Below, in pieces: positions 20,892 through 31,402 of a DNA stretch of 64,000 nucleotides. The notes below the pieces were generated by a model. It was given only the letters and a program-made list of their open reading frames with translations. It was not told the DNA's origin and searched no databases. The stretch's first letter is position 1. Every line of letters starts with the position of its first letter. A program made the position numbers and the translations under genes. Source of the DNA: Promethearchaeota archaeon (lineage in GTDB: Archaea > Asgardarchaeota > Lokiarchaeia > Sigyniarchaeales > SOKP01); NCBI GenBank assembly GCA_016839555.1, contig JAEOUA010000011.1, forward strand, positions 64,001 to 128,000, read 5' to 3'.

Positions 20892-22046
20892 TTATAGATT
20901 CTTTTCAATTGCATCTAATTCCTTTAAGATCCACTTCTTAAACTTAGCAAAATCAGAAACAGAAGGGATTTTACCCTTCTCAGAAGAATCTTTAGCTACA
21001 TTTCTCTGATTAAATATTTTTGTATTCGTTTTTTTGGATTTAGAATCAATTGTGCCTGATATTAATTCAGTTATTATCTTTTGAGGGATTTTTAATTTTG
21101 TTAAAATTTCTTCGAATTCTATATAATCGTTTTCTTGTAATTCATATTTTGTTTGGTTCATTTTTATCCATTCCTCTAAAAAATCTTTTGGAATACCCTC
21201 CTTCCAATGATGTTTTCTAAGATAATTATATAATAATTGGGGAGAGTATAGTTCACTTAGTTCTAAATTACTCTTATTAACATGTTTATCTTGATATTCA
21301 TGAAGCGATTGGATGAATTCTTCTCTCAGCTTTTTATTATGATTAGTAATAATATCAAATTCTCCGGAGAAATCAATAATTTTCTCAGGGGGCTTATAAA
21401 ATCTTTTTCTTTTTGTTAAAATGTCCTCAGGGAGGGTTATATTATAATAATTTTTAGTAAATTCTAAAATTTTAGGAAATTCATCTTCATCATAATTCTT
21501 TAGTATTTTTGATAAATTAATCGAGTCGGGATTCTTATTTAATTCTATATATAATTGATTAGCGGTGATCTTGATGTTTTGAAGGTTGTCTCGAAGAATC
21601 TCAATATTATCTGCCAATGAAATCAAGATTTGCTCAAATTTTAAGTCAACATTACTAAAATCATAATTAAGGAATTTATCCGTCTTTTTATTGTAAAAAA
21701 TATAGTGATTATTACTCTCTGACAACAAATTAGTTATATTCTGATTCACATTAAGGATACAATGCACATCCTTCAATTCTAATAGGTCTTTCGCCTTTTT
21801 TTTGTCTAAATTATAAATTAAATAGAAATTTGGAGTATGAATATCTGAATAAGAATCATTTAATATGACTTCTTTAAGGTCATAAAGGGCGGTAGATTCT
21901 AAATCAATTAAATTATAGCCAATAGTAAAGACTTCTAATCCTCTAAGATTTTTTAAATCTACATAGGGATAAATTACCAGATTTTTTTGTTGAAAAAATA
22001 ATAAATGCAGGAATTCCGGTTTAATGAAATCGAATGCTGTATCCAT
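20892..22046 (-). CDS. Hypothetical protein
   Basis: 384-aa ORF with a GGAGG SD, downstream of the GTPase; no family recognised. Confidence 0.7.
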   Translation of the reverse strand: MDTAFDFIKPEFLHLLFFQQKNLVIYPYVDLKNLRGLEVFTIGYNLIDLESTALYDLKEVILNDSYSDIHTPNFYLIYNLDKKKAKDLLELKDVHCILNVNQNITNLLSESNNHYIFYNKKTDKFLNYDFSNVDLKFEQILISLADNIEILRDNLQNIKITANQLYIELNKNPDSINLSKILKNYDEDEFPKILEFTKNYYNITLPEDILTKRKRFYKPPEKIIDFSGEFDIITNHNKKLREEFIQSLHEYQDKHVNKSNLELSELYSPQLLYNYLRKHHWKEGIPKDFLEEWIKMNQTKYELQENDYIEFEEILTKLKIPQKIITELISGTIDSKSKKTNTKIFNQRNVAKDSSEKGKIPSVSDFAKFKKWILKELDAIEKNL

Positions 22047-22106
22047 TTGCCTCCCTTAATTGGTTGTTTAATTAATATTAGAATATATAAAAAGAACTTG
22101 AAATAA

Positions 22107-22763
22107 CTATTTGGAATTAAATACATTGAATAAAACTTGCCCTAATAAATCTCGAAAAGTTTCAGCAACATTCTTTCCTTTTAATGCAACAGTTCTATAC
22201 ACTACAAATGTTCCATCAGAATATTTCTCTTCTTGTGGTAATCCTAATTTCTTTTTAAACTCATCAATCTTAATTTTATTTTCTATATCTCTCTTATTAA
22301 GCTGAATAACATACGGAATTCTTCGCGGACTGGCGAAGCTGAGTAATTCACGAAAACTTCGTTTATTTTGTTCGAGCTTATCTTTCTCTGAATCTCCCAC
22401 AAATACGATTCCATCAGCTCCTTCCAAGACATATTCTCTAGTAGAAAGAAAACGCTCCTGACCCGTACAAGTGACGATATGAACAATAATAGTATAATCA
22501 ATACCATTCACGCTTGCTTCAAAAGATAGAAACATAGAATCCTGCCATAATGTTCTTCCATCTTCCGTTTCAATCGAATAGCCATCCGTAATACGATTAT
22601 GATCAAATTTCTCCTTCAACCTAAAAAAATTGGTAGTCTTTCCAGACTCTCCAGGACCCCAATACACAATTTTTAACTGAATAATATTTCCTAATAAAAT
22701 TCCTGTAGAATCTATAGATACTTCTGAACTTATATTTTCATTTTCTACGTGTTTTTTCATCAT
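22107..22763 (-). CDS. MglA/Rup-like small GTPase
   Basis: KIVYWGPGESGKTTN, GRTL, TCTGQ (MglA-type G3), GADGIVFV.DS, QLNKRD; ATG after a GGTGA SD. Confidence 0.9.
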   Translation of the reverse strand: MMKKHVENENISSEVSIDSTGILLGNIIQLKIVYWGPGESGKTTNFFRLKEKFDHNRITDGYSIETEDGRTLWQDSMFLSFEASVNGIDYTIIVHIVTCTGQERFLSTREYVLEGADGIVFVGDSEKDKLEQNKRSFRELLSFASPRRIPYVIQLNKRDIENKIKIDEFKKKLGLPQEEKYSDGTFVVYRTVALKGKNVAETFRDLLGQVLFNVFNSK

Positions 22764-22792
22764 TAATAAAATCACCTTTAAGTATAGGCTTA

Positions 22793-23338
22793 TTAAATAG
22801 TACCTATTTTATCGCCGAATAATTGTTTTTTCAATGTCTTGATATGATCTTTTAATTCATCTTCATTCATTTTTAACACATTTTTAATAGGGATAGAATT
22901 TTCAATTTCTCTTTTTATTGCTGTCGCAAATCGTTGCATCTGTAGGATTAATACACCAATGTTTACATTATTATCAGTTAAAAGAACAATGAGGATTTGT
23001 CGCTTTCTTTCGTTTCCAATATTTACATCAATAATGGATTTGACAAATAATCGCATATTATTGTAAATTATAGTGGCTCGATCTAAGTAATCCGCCTCGA
23101 AAAAATCTTGCCCTTGTCGTGCAACTCCGTATAATGCTGCTCCCAAGGAAGAGAGGTTCCAATAATTCAATCCTTTATCAAACTGAGGATCCAATGCGAT
23201 TATTTTGGCATCTTGATCAACAGCAATTAATCCATAGATATAACCTTTCCGCGTAAGTTTACCATAGCTCATTCTGATTTCGCTCAGAATATCGCTAATC
23301 GTATTTTCATATAATACTTTCGGAATTGTTTCTGTCAT
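22793..23338 (-). CDS. Roadblock/MglB-like protein
   Basis: GLIAVDQDAKII...LSSLGAALYGVA...NVNIGVLILQM roadblock-type pattern; directly upstream of the MglA-like gene. Confidence 0.7.
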   Translation of the reverse strand: MTETIPKVLYENTISDILSEIRMSYGKLTRKGYIYGLIAVDQDAKIIALDPQFDKGLNYWNLSSLGAALYGVARQGQDFFEADYLDRATIIYNNMRLFVKSIIDVNIGNERKRQILIVLLTDNNVNIGVLILQMQRFATAIKREIENSIPIKNVLKMNEDELKDHIKTLKKQLFGDKIGTI

Positions 23339-23496
23339 GTTCTCAACTCAAAACTTTTTTTGAAAGATATAAAAAATAAATCTATATAAAGAAAAAGTCG
23401 AAAATTATAATTTTTCATTTTTTGATTTTTTCCTTTAAATATAAATGAGAGATCAAAAGGGTATAATTTTTTAAAAACCAGTAAAATGGTGTTTAA

Positions 23497-24744
23497 ATGG
23501 TAGAAACAATTCCTACTGCATATATTCCAAAACAAAAAGTAATTTTAAGTGAAATTAATCCCCCATATGCACAAAATTTTATAAATCCATTCTTAGAATT
23601 CACTAATTTACATCTTTTTGAAGAATTCAAACTTGATGTAAATATTAGAAAGAAAATAAAAAATCGGAAAAACCCTACTTTAAAGTTGGCAGAACCTAAA
23701 CATGCTGAAACTATCGCTGAAATAGTAAAAGAAGACTATGAAGGGACATATCCTTATAAAGAGATGGAAGATCCTACTGAAATTAAAAAAATGATCAATT
23801 CAGGAAAATATAAATTTGTCTTATTTTTAAATGAAAAGAATGAAATTATGGGATCTACTTGTTTTGTTCTTAATTTAAAGGAAAAAAAAGGGTATCTACG
23901 GAGCCTAGTAGTGAGAAAAAAATCTCTTGGGATAGTTGATGCAACTAAAGCTTATGTTGGAAGTTGTTTGGCAATTTGGAATATGTTCAGAGATAAAATA
24001 TTAATTTGGTGGGGTGAAGCACGTACCGCAGATGCAAAATCCCAATATATCAATCGTTTATGTAGCGTTCGACCAATAGCATTTTTACCGAATAAGGATA
24101 TCTTTTATAATAAAATAGAATCAGATTTAGTAATGATTTCTTATGATGAGCGCGTTTTCAGAGAATTTCATAGCAAAAAAAGGCCTAGAATTATCCCTTG
24201 TGTTGCTGGATGCTTTTATTTCTCTAATATGCAATATGACTTAACTATACCCGAAATTATCTTTCCAAAGCTTAAAAAGGAAATGAATCCCTCAAAATTA
24301 ATAAAATTATTCAAAAATCTGAAAGTTCAAAAAACCGTGGATAAATTCAATTACATCACTTATAGATTTACTCTAAAAAACTCTAAATCTTATTTTAAAT
24401 TCTTATTTACACCTCGAGTTAACAATTTTGAGAAAACAGAATATAAAGTGAAGAATTTAGAGGAGTTATTTGTTTTTTTGCAGAAATTTAAAAAAATGGC
24501 GAGAAAACTGGATATTAGATATATGGAAGCGCTTGTTTCGGCTTATGAACCTTCCCATCAAATATTATTTAGAGATTTAGGATTAATTCCACGAGGCTAT
24601 ATCCCTGCATTTCAATATAATAAAAAAAAGAATCATTTTGAAGATTCAATTCTGTTTAATTATTATACAGGAACTCTTTCATATGAACCCGAATTAATTC
24701 CTGAGGGTAAGCAATTGTTAAAATTCTTAAATTTAAAGTTTTGA
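23497..24744 (+). CDS. Tandem GNAT-fold protein
   Basis: N-terminal KGYLRSLVVRKKSLG motif A and a C-terminal YMEALVSAY...LFRDLGLIPRGYIP GNAT-like end. Confidence 0.6.
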   Translation: MVETIPTAYIPKQKVILSEINPPYAQNFINPFLEFTNLHLFEEFKLDVNIRKKIKNRKNPTLKLAEPKHAETIAEIVKEDYEGTYPYKEMEDPTEIKKMINSGKYKFVLFLNEKNEIMGSTCFVLNLKEKKGYLRSLVVRKKSLGIVDATKAYVGSCLAIWNMFRDKILIWWGEARTADAKSQYINRLCSVRPIAFLPNKDIFYNKIESDLVMISYDERVFREFHSKKRPRIIPCVAGCFYFSNMQYDLTIPEIIFPKLKKEMNPSKLIKLFKNLKVQKTVDKFNYITYRFTLKNSKSYFKFLFTPRVNNFEKTEYKVKNLEELFVFLQKFKKMARKLDIRYMEALVSAYEPSHQILFRDLGLIPRGYIPAFQYNKKKNHFEDSILFNYYTGTLSYEPELIPEGKQLLKFLNLKF

Positions 24745-24845
24745 TAAAACTTTATCGTCATCTTTTTAATTTTTAATATATTTTAAAATTTTTTTTTGGA
24801 TTTTTTCTTTAAATATGAATAAAAAAAATATATGATAGAATTATT

Positions 24846-25256
24846 ATGACCCTCTTTAAAATAAATTATAGGTTGAGATCTATAAAAGATCCATTTAATT
24901 ATAGAGAAATAATCGAAAACATAGTATTAGACGAAAATACAGGTAAAGTCTTTTTAAAAGAATTCAAAAAAATTTTAAAAAACTTAGAATCTTTAAAAAT
25001 TGATAATAATATTAAAATTAAAAAACTGAAATATTTCCTGAAATCCTATAAATTAAAAGACATCAGTAATGAAACAAAAGAAATAATTATTAAGGCTCAT
25101 AGAAATATCGAAAATAAAAAAGGAGCTCTTAAGATTATAACAAATTTCAATTCAGATTTAAATCATATATCTAATAAAGATATATTTGATAAAGATTCAG
25201 AATTAAACTTTGATTCAAAAAGAATCCCTCTATTAATACCAGAAAAAATGCATTAA
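24846..25256 (+). CDS. Hypothetical protein
   Basis: 136-aa ORF preceded by the shared promoter element. Confidence 0.55.
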   Translation: MTLFKINYRLRSIKDPFNYREIIENIVLDENTGKVFLKEFKKILKNLESLKIDNNIKIKKLKYFLKSYKLKDISNETKEIIIKAHRNIENKKGALKIITNFNSDLNHISNKDIFDKDSELNFDSKRIPLLIPEKMH

Positions 25257-25513
25257 AAATATAGATATGATTTTTTTATTTTTATCTAATTTTTAACTAA
25301 TTTCTATAATAATTATAGAAAATTCTTTTTCTATATTTTGATTAAATTATGATAAAATTAATTTAAGATCTGAATTTAATGAAAAATTAGATTAAATATT
25401 TAATTTATAGCATAATTTATAAAGAAAGGACTTTAAAAACTTCTTTTGAAAATAAATTTAAAATAGAAAAAATTTTTAAAAAATTATAAATAATTAATAA
25501 GAAGTGATTTTAT

Positions 25514-26338
25514 TTGAATAAAAAAGAAAAATATTTAATTGGTATAATTTCACCAACGATTATTGGTTTAATAATAACTCTTATTCTTTTTATTGCCAAT
25601 TTAGACCCAATAATTAAAACCATTAATGCATATGAAGGAACTTGGATTATAATAGTAATAATAATAATAAGAATAATTTTATTAGCCGGAATGAGTGCAT
25701 ATATGTTTAAGCAATGGTTTAACCAAGAGCATCAATATTTATCAGATATTCCTTTTTTATTTGCACTATTCTTTTTACTTGTAATCTTCGGAAAATCTTT
25801 TGACTTACTTTATAATCTGACATATTATTTTACTGATAGATTCACTTTTTTGATAATACTAAAGGTTCGTTTCTTAATAGGAGCATTAAGTCTTTCCCCT
25901 ATGTATTATCTGAGCATAGGAATGATATTGTTTTTCTTGTCTCTTTATGAAAAATATAAGAAACTAGATGATAAGAAAGTTTCAAACCAAATCCAATTAA
26001 TTACTCTATCAATTATAATTCTTTTGATATCAGCGCTAATTATAATTTTTTTAGATGATGAAACTAATAAGATAATTTTACCTGCAATAGTAATCCCATC
26101 ATTCTTAACCATTGTTTTGATATTTTACTTCGCTTATAAAAACAAAAGATTGTCGCAAGTAAATCCCTTAATTCTGGCAATTGGATTTTCTGCATATTTA
26201 ATTTCTCAAATAATTAGACCAATTTTTCAAATAATTTTTGGAAATGAGGTGCCATTCATCTTTTTTTCAGAATTACTAGACCTGATTATCTATTTTGTTA
26301 TTTTTATTGGTTTAATAAAAAAAATAGAATATGATTAA
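25514..26338 (+). CDS. Hypothetical multi-TM membrane protein
   Basis: About 8 hydrophobic segments; TTG start 6 nt after a GAAGTGA SD. Confidence 0.65.
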   Translation: MNKKEKYLIGIISPTIIGLIITLILFIANLDPIIKTINAYEGTWIIIVIIIIRIILLAGMSAYMFKQWFNQEHQYLSDIPFLFALFFLLVIFGKSFDLLYNLTYYFTDRFTFLIILKVRFLIGALSLSPMYYLSIGMILFFLSLYEKYKKLDDKKVSNQIQLITLSIIILLISALIIIFLDDETNKIILPAIVIPSFLTIVLIFYFAYKNKRLSQVNPLILAIGFSAYLISQIIRPIFQIIFGNEVPFIFFSELLDLIIYFVIFIGLIKKIEYD

Positions 26339-26400
26339 AAATTAAATCTAAATATAATAATTTTTATTTAGTAATTTTTTATCATTTGTTAATCAATAAT

Positions 26401-27567
26401 TTAATTTCTAATTCTTTTTTGTAAAACAATATGTTTTCTAATTGGTTTTGAATGGGGAAAAATAGTTTTAATTGCTTTATCATTATTGGACCATATGGTA
26501 GTACCTTCCACATAGGTAATTCCATTCAATCCTGTGATAATTCTTCCAATATTATTTAATGCTGAGAATATACCTCTCCCAGCGTATTCTTTTCGTATCA
26601 TAACCGTATCAACATTTGCATCTATCAGAGGTAAGTTTTGCCAGATCTGATATAAATTCGGTAAAGACCATATAAATCCCACTATTTCTCCGGTTTTGCT
26701 ATCGAACGCAAAAGGAGCCCATGTTACCACTTTTTCTAAATCGCAAGATTTCATAGATTTAATAAAAATTGGGTTATCGGTATAGTCTTGAGGATTAAAA
26801 TCTTTGGGAAGCTTGTAATGTGAGGGAGGCACCATTTCATATAAGTGAAAGAATTCTTCAAGTCGCTTCTCCCCTCCTGATGCGTCTGCAAGTATCGTAT
26901 GAAAAGTATGCTGTGCCATTTCCATCATCTCTTCTTTTCGATCTCTCATTTCTGATATAGTAAGGTATTTTATTTCGATATCCCTTAGGTATCTATCACC
27001 TTTTTTCCACTTATCTTGGGTAACATAAACACAGGTATACTTTGACTCAATTTTATATCCTAATCTCTTTAAATAGTTTAATTCCTTCAAATCGGGATGA
27101 TTATATGCTACACCAGACATCATTTTATGCTTAAATCCTTCGGTCTGAAATCCGATTCCTCCAATTATTTTCGGAAAATTGATTGGTCCCCGAATTTTTC
27201 TGATATGATGCTCTTTAATGTAGCGTTCACAATTTTCTATTAATATTCTACAAGATGTGAAATCTAAGGCATTAAGCCAGCCAAATGTTCCGCATTTTCT
27301 TCCATAACTTTTATATTCTGTATCTATTTGACAAACTACGATTCCCGTTATTTTTTTTCCTTTTTTTGTAATAAATACTTTAATTTTGTAATCTTCTTCA
27401 TTAAATTTCTTTTGTAAATAATTAAGAAGATGAAAAATTACTTTTTTTTTTAATTTGTCCATTGGTACATAGAGTAATTCTTTGAAAGCACATCGTATTT
27501 GGCTAATATTTTTAGTATCAAAAACCTTAATAGAATAACTGATTTCTTCAACTATTTGTTGTGTCAT
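26401..27567 (-). CDS. Tandem GNAT N-acyltransferase (YghO-like)
   Basis: GTFGW, IRGPIN, YN.P...LKRLGY, LPNL, IRKEYAGRGI, TIWSNN. Confidence 0.75.
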   Translation of the reverse strand: MTQQIVEEISYSIKVFDTKNISQIRCAFKELLYVPMDKLKKKVIFHLLNYLQKKFNEEDYKIKVFITKKGKKITGIVVCQIDTEYKSYGRKCGTFGWLNALDFTSCRILIENCERYIKEHHIRKIRGPINFPKIIGGIGFQTEGFKHKMMSGVAYNHPDLKELNYLKRLGYKIESKYTCVYVTQDKWKKGDRYLRDIEIKYLTISEMRDRKEEMMEMAQHTFHTILADASGGEKRLEEFFHLYEMVPPSHYKLPKDFNPQDYTDNPIFIKSMKSCDLEKVVTWAPFAFDSKTGEIVGFIWSLPNLYQIWQNLPLIDANVDTVMIRKEYAGRGIFSALNNIGRIITGLNGITYVEGTTIWSNNDKAIKTIFPHSKPIRKHIVLQKRIRN

Positions 27568-27759
27568 TTAAAATCATTTTATATTTTATAAATTTGGAGA
27601 AAAAATTTTACATTCATATTTAAAGAAAAAATTTTAAAAATTTTTTATTTAAAAAAGAGTAAAAATTTGGAAAAATAGACAAAAATCATTATTTCAGATT
27701 TTTTCTTTAAATATACTTAAGAATAAAAACCATAAAAATAATAATATTAAGATAGGATT

Positions 27760-28914
27760 ATGAGAGAAATTAATCATTTCTGTCAAAATTGCATTTTACC
27801 AAATGGATTTCTGGATATTATATTGAATGAGGAAAGAATATGCAATTTTTGTAGAGATCCTCATTATAAAAATTCTAATTGGTCTAAAACACAACCCACA
27901 GCAAAATTAAGAGACTTTGCAATCCAAAATTGGCAAAGAACGATTCAAAATGTAAGAAATAAAAATATTGGTAAAAAATATGATTGTGTTTTAGGATATT
28001 CGGGAGGAAAAGACTCCACTGCATTATTAGATATGCTTATTAATGAGCTCGATTTGAAACCGCTGGCAATTACGGTTGATACAGGACAGTTAACACAAAT
28101 AGCTAAAGAAAACATAAAGAAAACCCTTAATACTTTACATTATTCTGCTCATCATCTTTTTATTGAAAGGGCAAAAAAAACTTTTTCTAAATTATATGAA
28201 TACCTTTTTCTAAATCATCATTCCAATGAAAAAATCCTAACAGGAAAGATATGTGATTATTGTTCTGATCTTATTCATTCCTTACTTACTAAAGAAGCCA
28301 TGAAAAGGAGTATACCTCTTGTTATTCTTGGTTACTCCCCTGATCAGATAAAAAGATATTTTTATGAAATCCCGAAAAGTGAAATTAAAAATCAATGGTA
28401 CCCTAATTTTATTCTAAAAACTCCATTTACCGATGACGATCGAGAATTTTTTCTTAATGTAAAGGATATTGATGATGATAGGGTCCCAAGAATCTTACTA
28501 CCTTATCATGTTATTTCCTATAAAGAAGATAAAATTATAGAAAAAGTCAATTCGAGAAATTTAATTGAGAAAGGAAAAGCTGATCCAATATTAACAAATT
28601 GCCATGTAGTAAAAGCTGCATTAATGTATGATCTTTATCGATATGGAGGTTTATCATATGCTCTACAATATGCTGAATTAGTAAGACAGGAATCTAATGA
28701 AGAGAGACGAAAAAAATCTCGTAAAAAATGGTTAAGATTATATAAAAATGTAGCAAAATCAATATTGCAAGGAAACTTTGATAAAAAAGGAATAGAGAAC
28801 TTTTTTAATCAGATTAATATTTCTAAAACTGAATTAATTCAAGTGATTAGAAATCAATTAGAAAAAGACCCAAATAAAGACTTGATTTTAGAGAATATCA
28901 ATTTGCTCAAATAA
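27760..28914 (+). CDS. N-type ATP pyrophosphatase (PP-loop; N-acetyl-sugar amidotransferase-like)
   Basis: N-terminal CQNC and CNFC, YDCVLGYSGGKDS, LAITVDTG, CDYC, TNC. Confidence 0.8.
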   Translation: MREINHFCQNCILPNGFLDIILNEERICNFCRDPHYKNSNWSKTQPTAKLRDFAIQNWQRTIQNVRNKNIGKKYDCVLGYSGGKDSTALLDMLINELDLKPLAITVDTGQLTQIAKENIKKTLNTLHYSAHHLFIERAKKTFSKLYEYLFLNHHSNEKILTGKICDYCSDLIHSLLTKEAMKRSIPLVILGYSPDQIKRYFYEIPKSEIKNQWYPNFILKTPFTDDDREFFLNVKDIDDDRVPRILLPYHVISYKEDKIIEKVNSRNLIEKGKADPILTNCHVVKAALMYDLYRYGGLSYALQYAELVRQESNEERRKKSRKKWLRLYKNVAKSILQGNFDKKGIENFFNQINISKTELIQVIRNQLEKDPNKDLILENINLLK

Positions 28915-28984
28915 AAAATTTGTCTTCTCTATTTATATTACTTCAAATTTTTCAAATTTAGACATTTTTAAGAAATTTAAAAAC

Positions 28985-29701
28985 TCAAATTCTATCTTCA
29001 ATGGCAGTATTAAAAATTCTTTTCAAATCCTTATTGTAATATTTATTCTTTTTCCAATCTTGTTCGGTTAAAAAGAATTTTCCAAAGGGATTCAAGGTTT
29101 TTTCTTCACCGATGGTAGTTATACCGAGATGTCCTGCTAATATTAGAAAATTCTCCGAAAGTAAGGGATTATAGATAATTTTATTTTTAATATTACTAAA
29201 TAAAAGCTCTTGGTCTCCACCCAGAAGATTTGATCGTCCTATACTTCTTCTAAATATGAGATCTCCTGTAAAGATGATACCATCATAATTATTCCCCCTA
29301 AAAGTTCGAATATCATTAGAGTAAAGGCTAATTCCGCCCGGACTGTGTCCAGCTGTTTCTAAAACAGTTAATTTAAAATCTTTATTTCTTAGAACATCTC
29401 CTTCTTTTAACCATTGATCAGCTTTTTTAAAAATAATATGTTGAAATGCATGTTTATTGTAGAGAAGCGGGATATCAAAATAATTTTTAAGAAATTTATA
29501 TGCTCCAGTATGATCCGGATGTGCATGAGTCAGGATAATACCTATCGGGTGCGCATTTAAATCATCAATTGTTTTTATAATGAGATCTTCTTCGGCTCCA
29601 GGGTCTATTATGTATATCTCATTAGTATTTTTCGAACCAACTAAATAGCAATTACAACCATATGAGCCAACAATTAATTTTTCAAGAATATAGTGGGCCA
29701 T
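28985..29701 (-). CDS. MBL-fold metallo-hydrolase (glyoxalase II-like)
   Basis: NCY, IDPG, THAHPDHTG, GHSPG, FTGD, GH. Confidence 0.92.
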   Translation of the reverse strand: MAHYILEKLIVGSYGCNCYLVGSKNTNEIYIIDPGAEEDLIIKTIDDLNAHPIGIILTHAHPDHTGAYKFLKNYFDIPLLYNKHAFQHIIFKKADQWLKEGDVLRNKDFKLTVLETAGHSPGGISLYSNDIRTFRGNNYDGIIFTGDLIFRRSIGRSNLLGGDQELLFSNIKNKIIYNPLLSENFLILAGHLGITTIGEEKTLNPFGKFFLTEQDWKKNKYYNKDLKRIFNTAIEDRI

Positions 29702-29750
29702 TAGTTATACTTATGATCTTTCTAATTAAATAAAATAAAGAATAAATATA

Positions 29751-30695
29751 TTATAATATTTCTAAGATTGATTTTTTGGTAAAATGAATTTCTTTTTGGT
29801 TTGAATATTCATTTTCTTTTATAAAAACATTGAGAAGCTTTACAGCCATTCCTTTTTCGATTATCTTTAAAATATCAATTGCTTTCATATCCCATACATT
29901 TACTTCGATTGAACCTGTTTTGTCAGTTAATCCTAATTTTAGAAGAAACGATTTTTCACCATTATTTTTTGTAAATTCCTTTAATTCATAGCCGTTGATA
30001 AAGCCTGACGCAGATGTGATAAATCCGTCTGTCTTTAACAAATCCTTTATTTTTAGACTTACATTCTTCTTATTTTTATGTTGATATTGATATTCTGAGA
30101 GATCTAAATTCTCAATATTAACATCTTTAAGTTGGGAGCTAATCTTTTTAGGGATATCATCTGGCTCTAGAATAATTTTACTTTTTTTAGAAACATGGAC
30201 TTCAATTTTTTCATTTAATCCTATTTTTGAGTATCCATTGATAATACGTATGATTTTTCCTTTTGAAAAGAAATCTGATTTCATAATTTTGGATGGTTCA
30301 TTCCATAAAACAATTTTTATCATTCCAGTTGCATCAGCAAGTAAGAATGAACCCATAATTCCAGGAGTACCATCTTTTCTTACAAATTCTTTCAATGGAA
30401 ATATATCAATAATTTTTCCTAGTAGGACAAGATTCGTCATATTTTCTTTGATTTCAGCAATATCTATTAAAAACTCATTATAGTCAATTTCTTGTCCAAT
30501 TTCTTCATAAACCTCTTGATCTATATCAGGGGAAAGGATTTGGATTCCGTTTTCTTTAGCTATCAAAAATAATGCTCCTTGTTTGGTAATAAATCCGTGA
30601 AACTCTCGTTCTTTTTTTTCTATTTCTTCTTTTAACTCTTCTTCTGAAAAACCAATCTTTAATAAATAGTTATATACCTCTTGAATCTCGCTCAT
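29751..30695 (-). CDS. Replication protein A-like ssDNA-binding protein (N-terminal helical domain plus 2 OB folds)
   Basis: FHGFITKQGALFLIAKENG, EFVRKDGTPG...LADATGMIKIVLW, LTDKTGSIEVNVW. Confidence 0.88.
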   Translation of the reverse strand: MSEIQEVYNYLLKIGFSEEELKEEIEKKEREFHGFITKQGALFLIAKENGIQILSPDIDQEVYEEIGQEIDYNEFLIDIAEIKENMTNLVLLGKIIDIFPLKEFVRKDGTPGIMGSFLLADATGMIKIVLWNEPSKIMKSDFFSKGKIIRIINGYSKIGLNEKIEVHVSKKSKIILEPDDIPKKISSQLKDVNIENLDLSEYQYQHKNKKNVSLKIKDLLKTDGFITSASGFINGYELKEFTKNNGEKSFLLKLGLTDKTGSIEVNVWDMKAIDILKIIEKGMAVKLLNVFIKENEYSNQKEIHFTKKSILEIL

Positions 30696-31296
30696 TCTTA
30701 CTCAATACCCCTGTTTCAATCATTTTATTTTTAGTCTTATAAAAAGCATATGCGGAACAATTAGTAATAGCTCGAATATTTTCTACCAGGATTTTATTTT
30801 TGAAATGTGAATCATTTAAGTCTGTTATATATAATGTAAGTGCTAATTGGGTAGAGATTGTTGGCCAAAAATTTGCTTTAGTGAAAAAAACATGAAGGGA
30901 ATTGAGATTGATTTTAGCTCGATTATAATTAAAAAGCGGAGCAATCTTGTAAATCTTATGAAGATATACTTTCAATTTGTTATATAATAATGGTTTTCTA
31001 TGTTCCCAAGGAAATTTATATGATTTCAAAAAAGATGCATAAAAATACAAATTTCTAAGTGTTTTATTAATAATATTAGAAGTTAAAGGTTGGGAAATAG
31101 ATACTTTTTCTGAAATAGTAATTATTTTTTGAATTGGTAATGTTGATAATATATTTAAACTGCCTCGTGGAAAACAAATAGAGAAGTTTCTAAATAATAC
31201 ATTTAGAATGTTAGTTCTAATTTCTTTAAGACATAAATTATAGCTTAAAGGATTTGCAGTTTTATCTTTAAATATAACTGTAAAAGTATTTGCCAT
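30670..31296 (-). CDS. Hypothetical protein, possible cyclin/TFIIB-like C-terminal helices
   Basis: Overlaps the RPA start; P.ISTQLALTLYI...ILVENIRAITNCSAYAF resembles a TFIIB repeat. Confidence 0.55.
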   Translation of the reverse strand: MANTFTVIFKDKTANPLSYNLCLKEIRTNILNVLFRNFSICFPRGSLNILSTLPIQKIITISEKVSISQPLTSNIINKTLRNLYFYASFLKSYKFPWEHRKPLLYNKLKVYLHKIYKIAPLFNYNRAKINLNSLHVFFTKANFWPTISTQLALTLYITDLNDSHFKNKILVENIRAITNCSAYAFYKTKNKMIETGVLSKNERDSRGI

Positions 31297-31402
31297 TTTT
31301 CATTTTATCTTTTTTTTAGATTCTTAAAAGAGAATCTATTGACTCTATTTAAATAAAAAATGAAATTAAAAATGGACTCCGTGGTGAATTTTTAAAACTA
31401 TT

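Noticed and set aside
23335-23535. 66-aa minus-strand ORF upstream of the roadblock gene
   Set aside because: It spans the divergent promoter region and overlaps the start of 23497; low-complexity, probably spurious.
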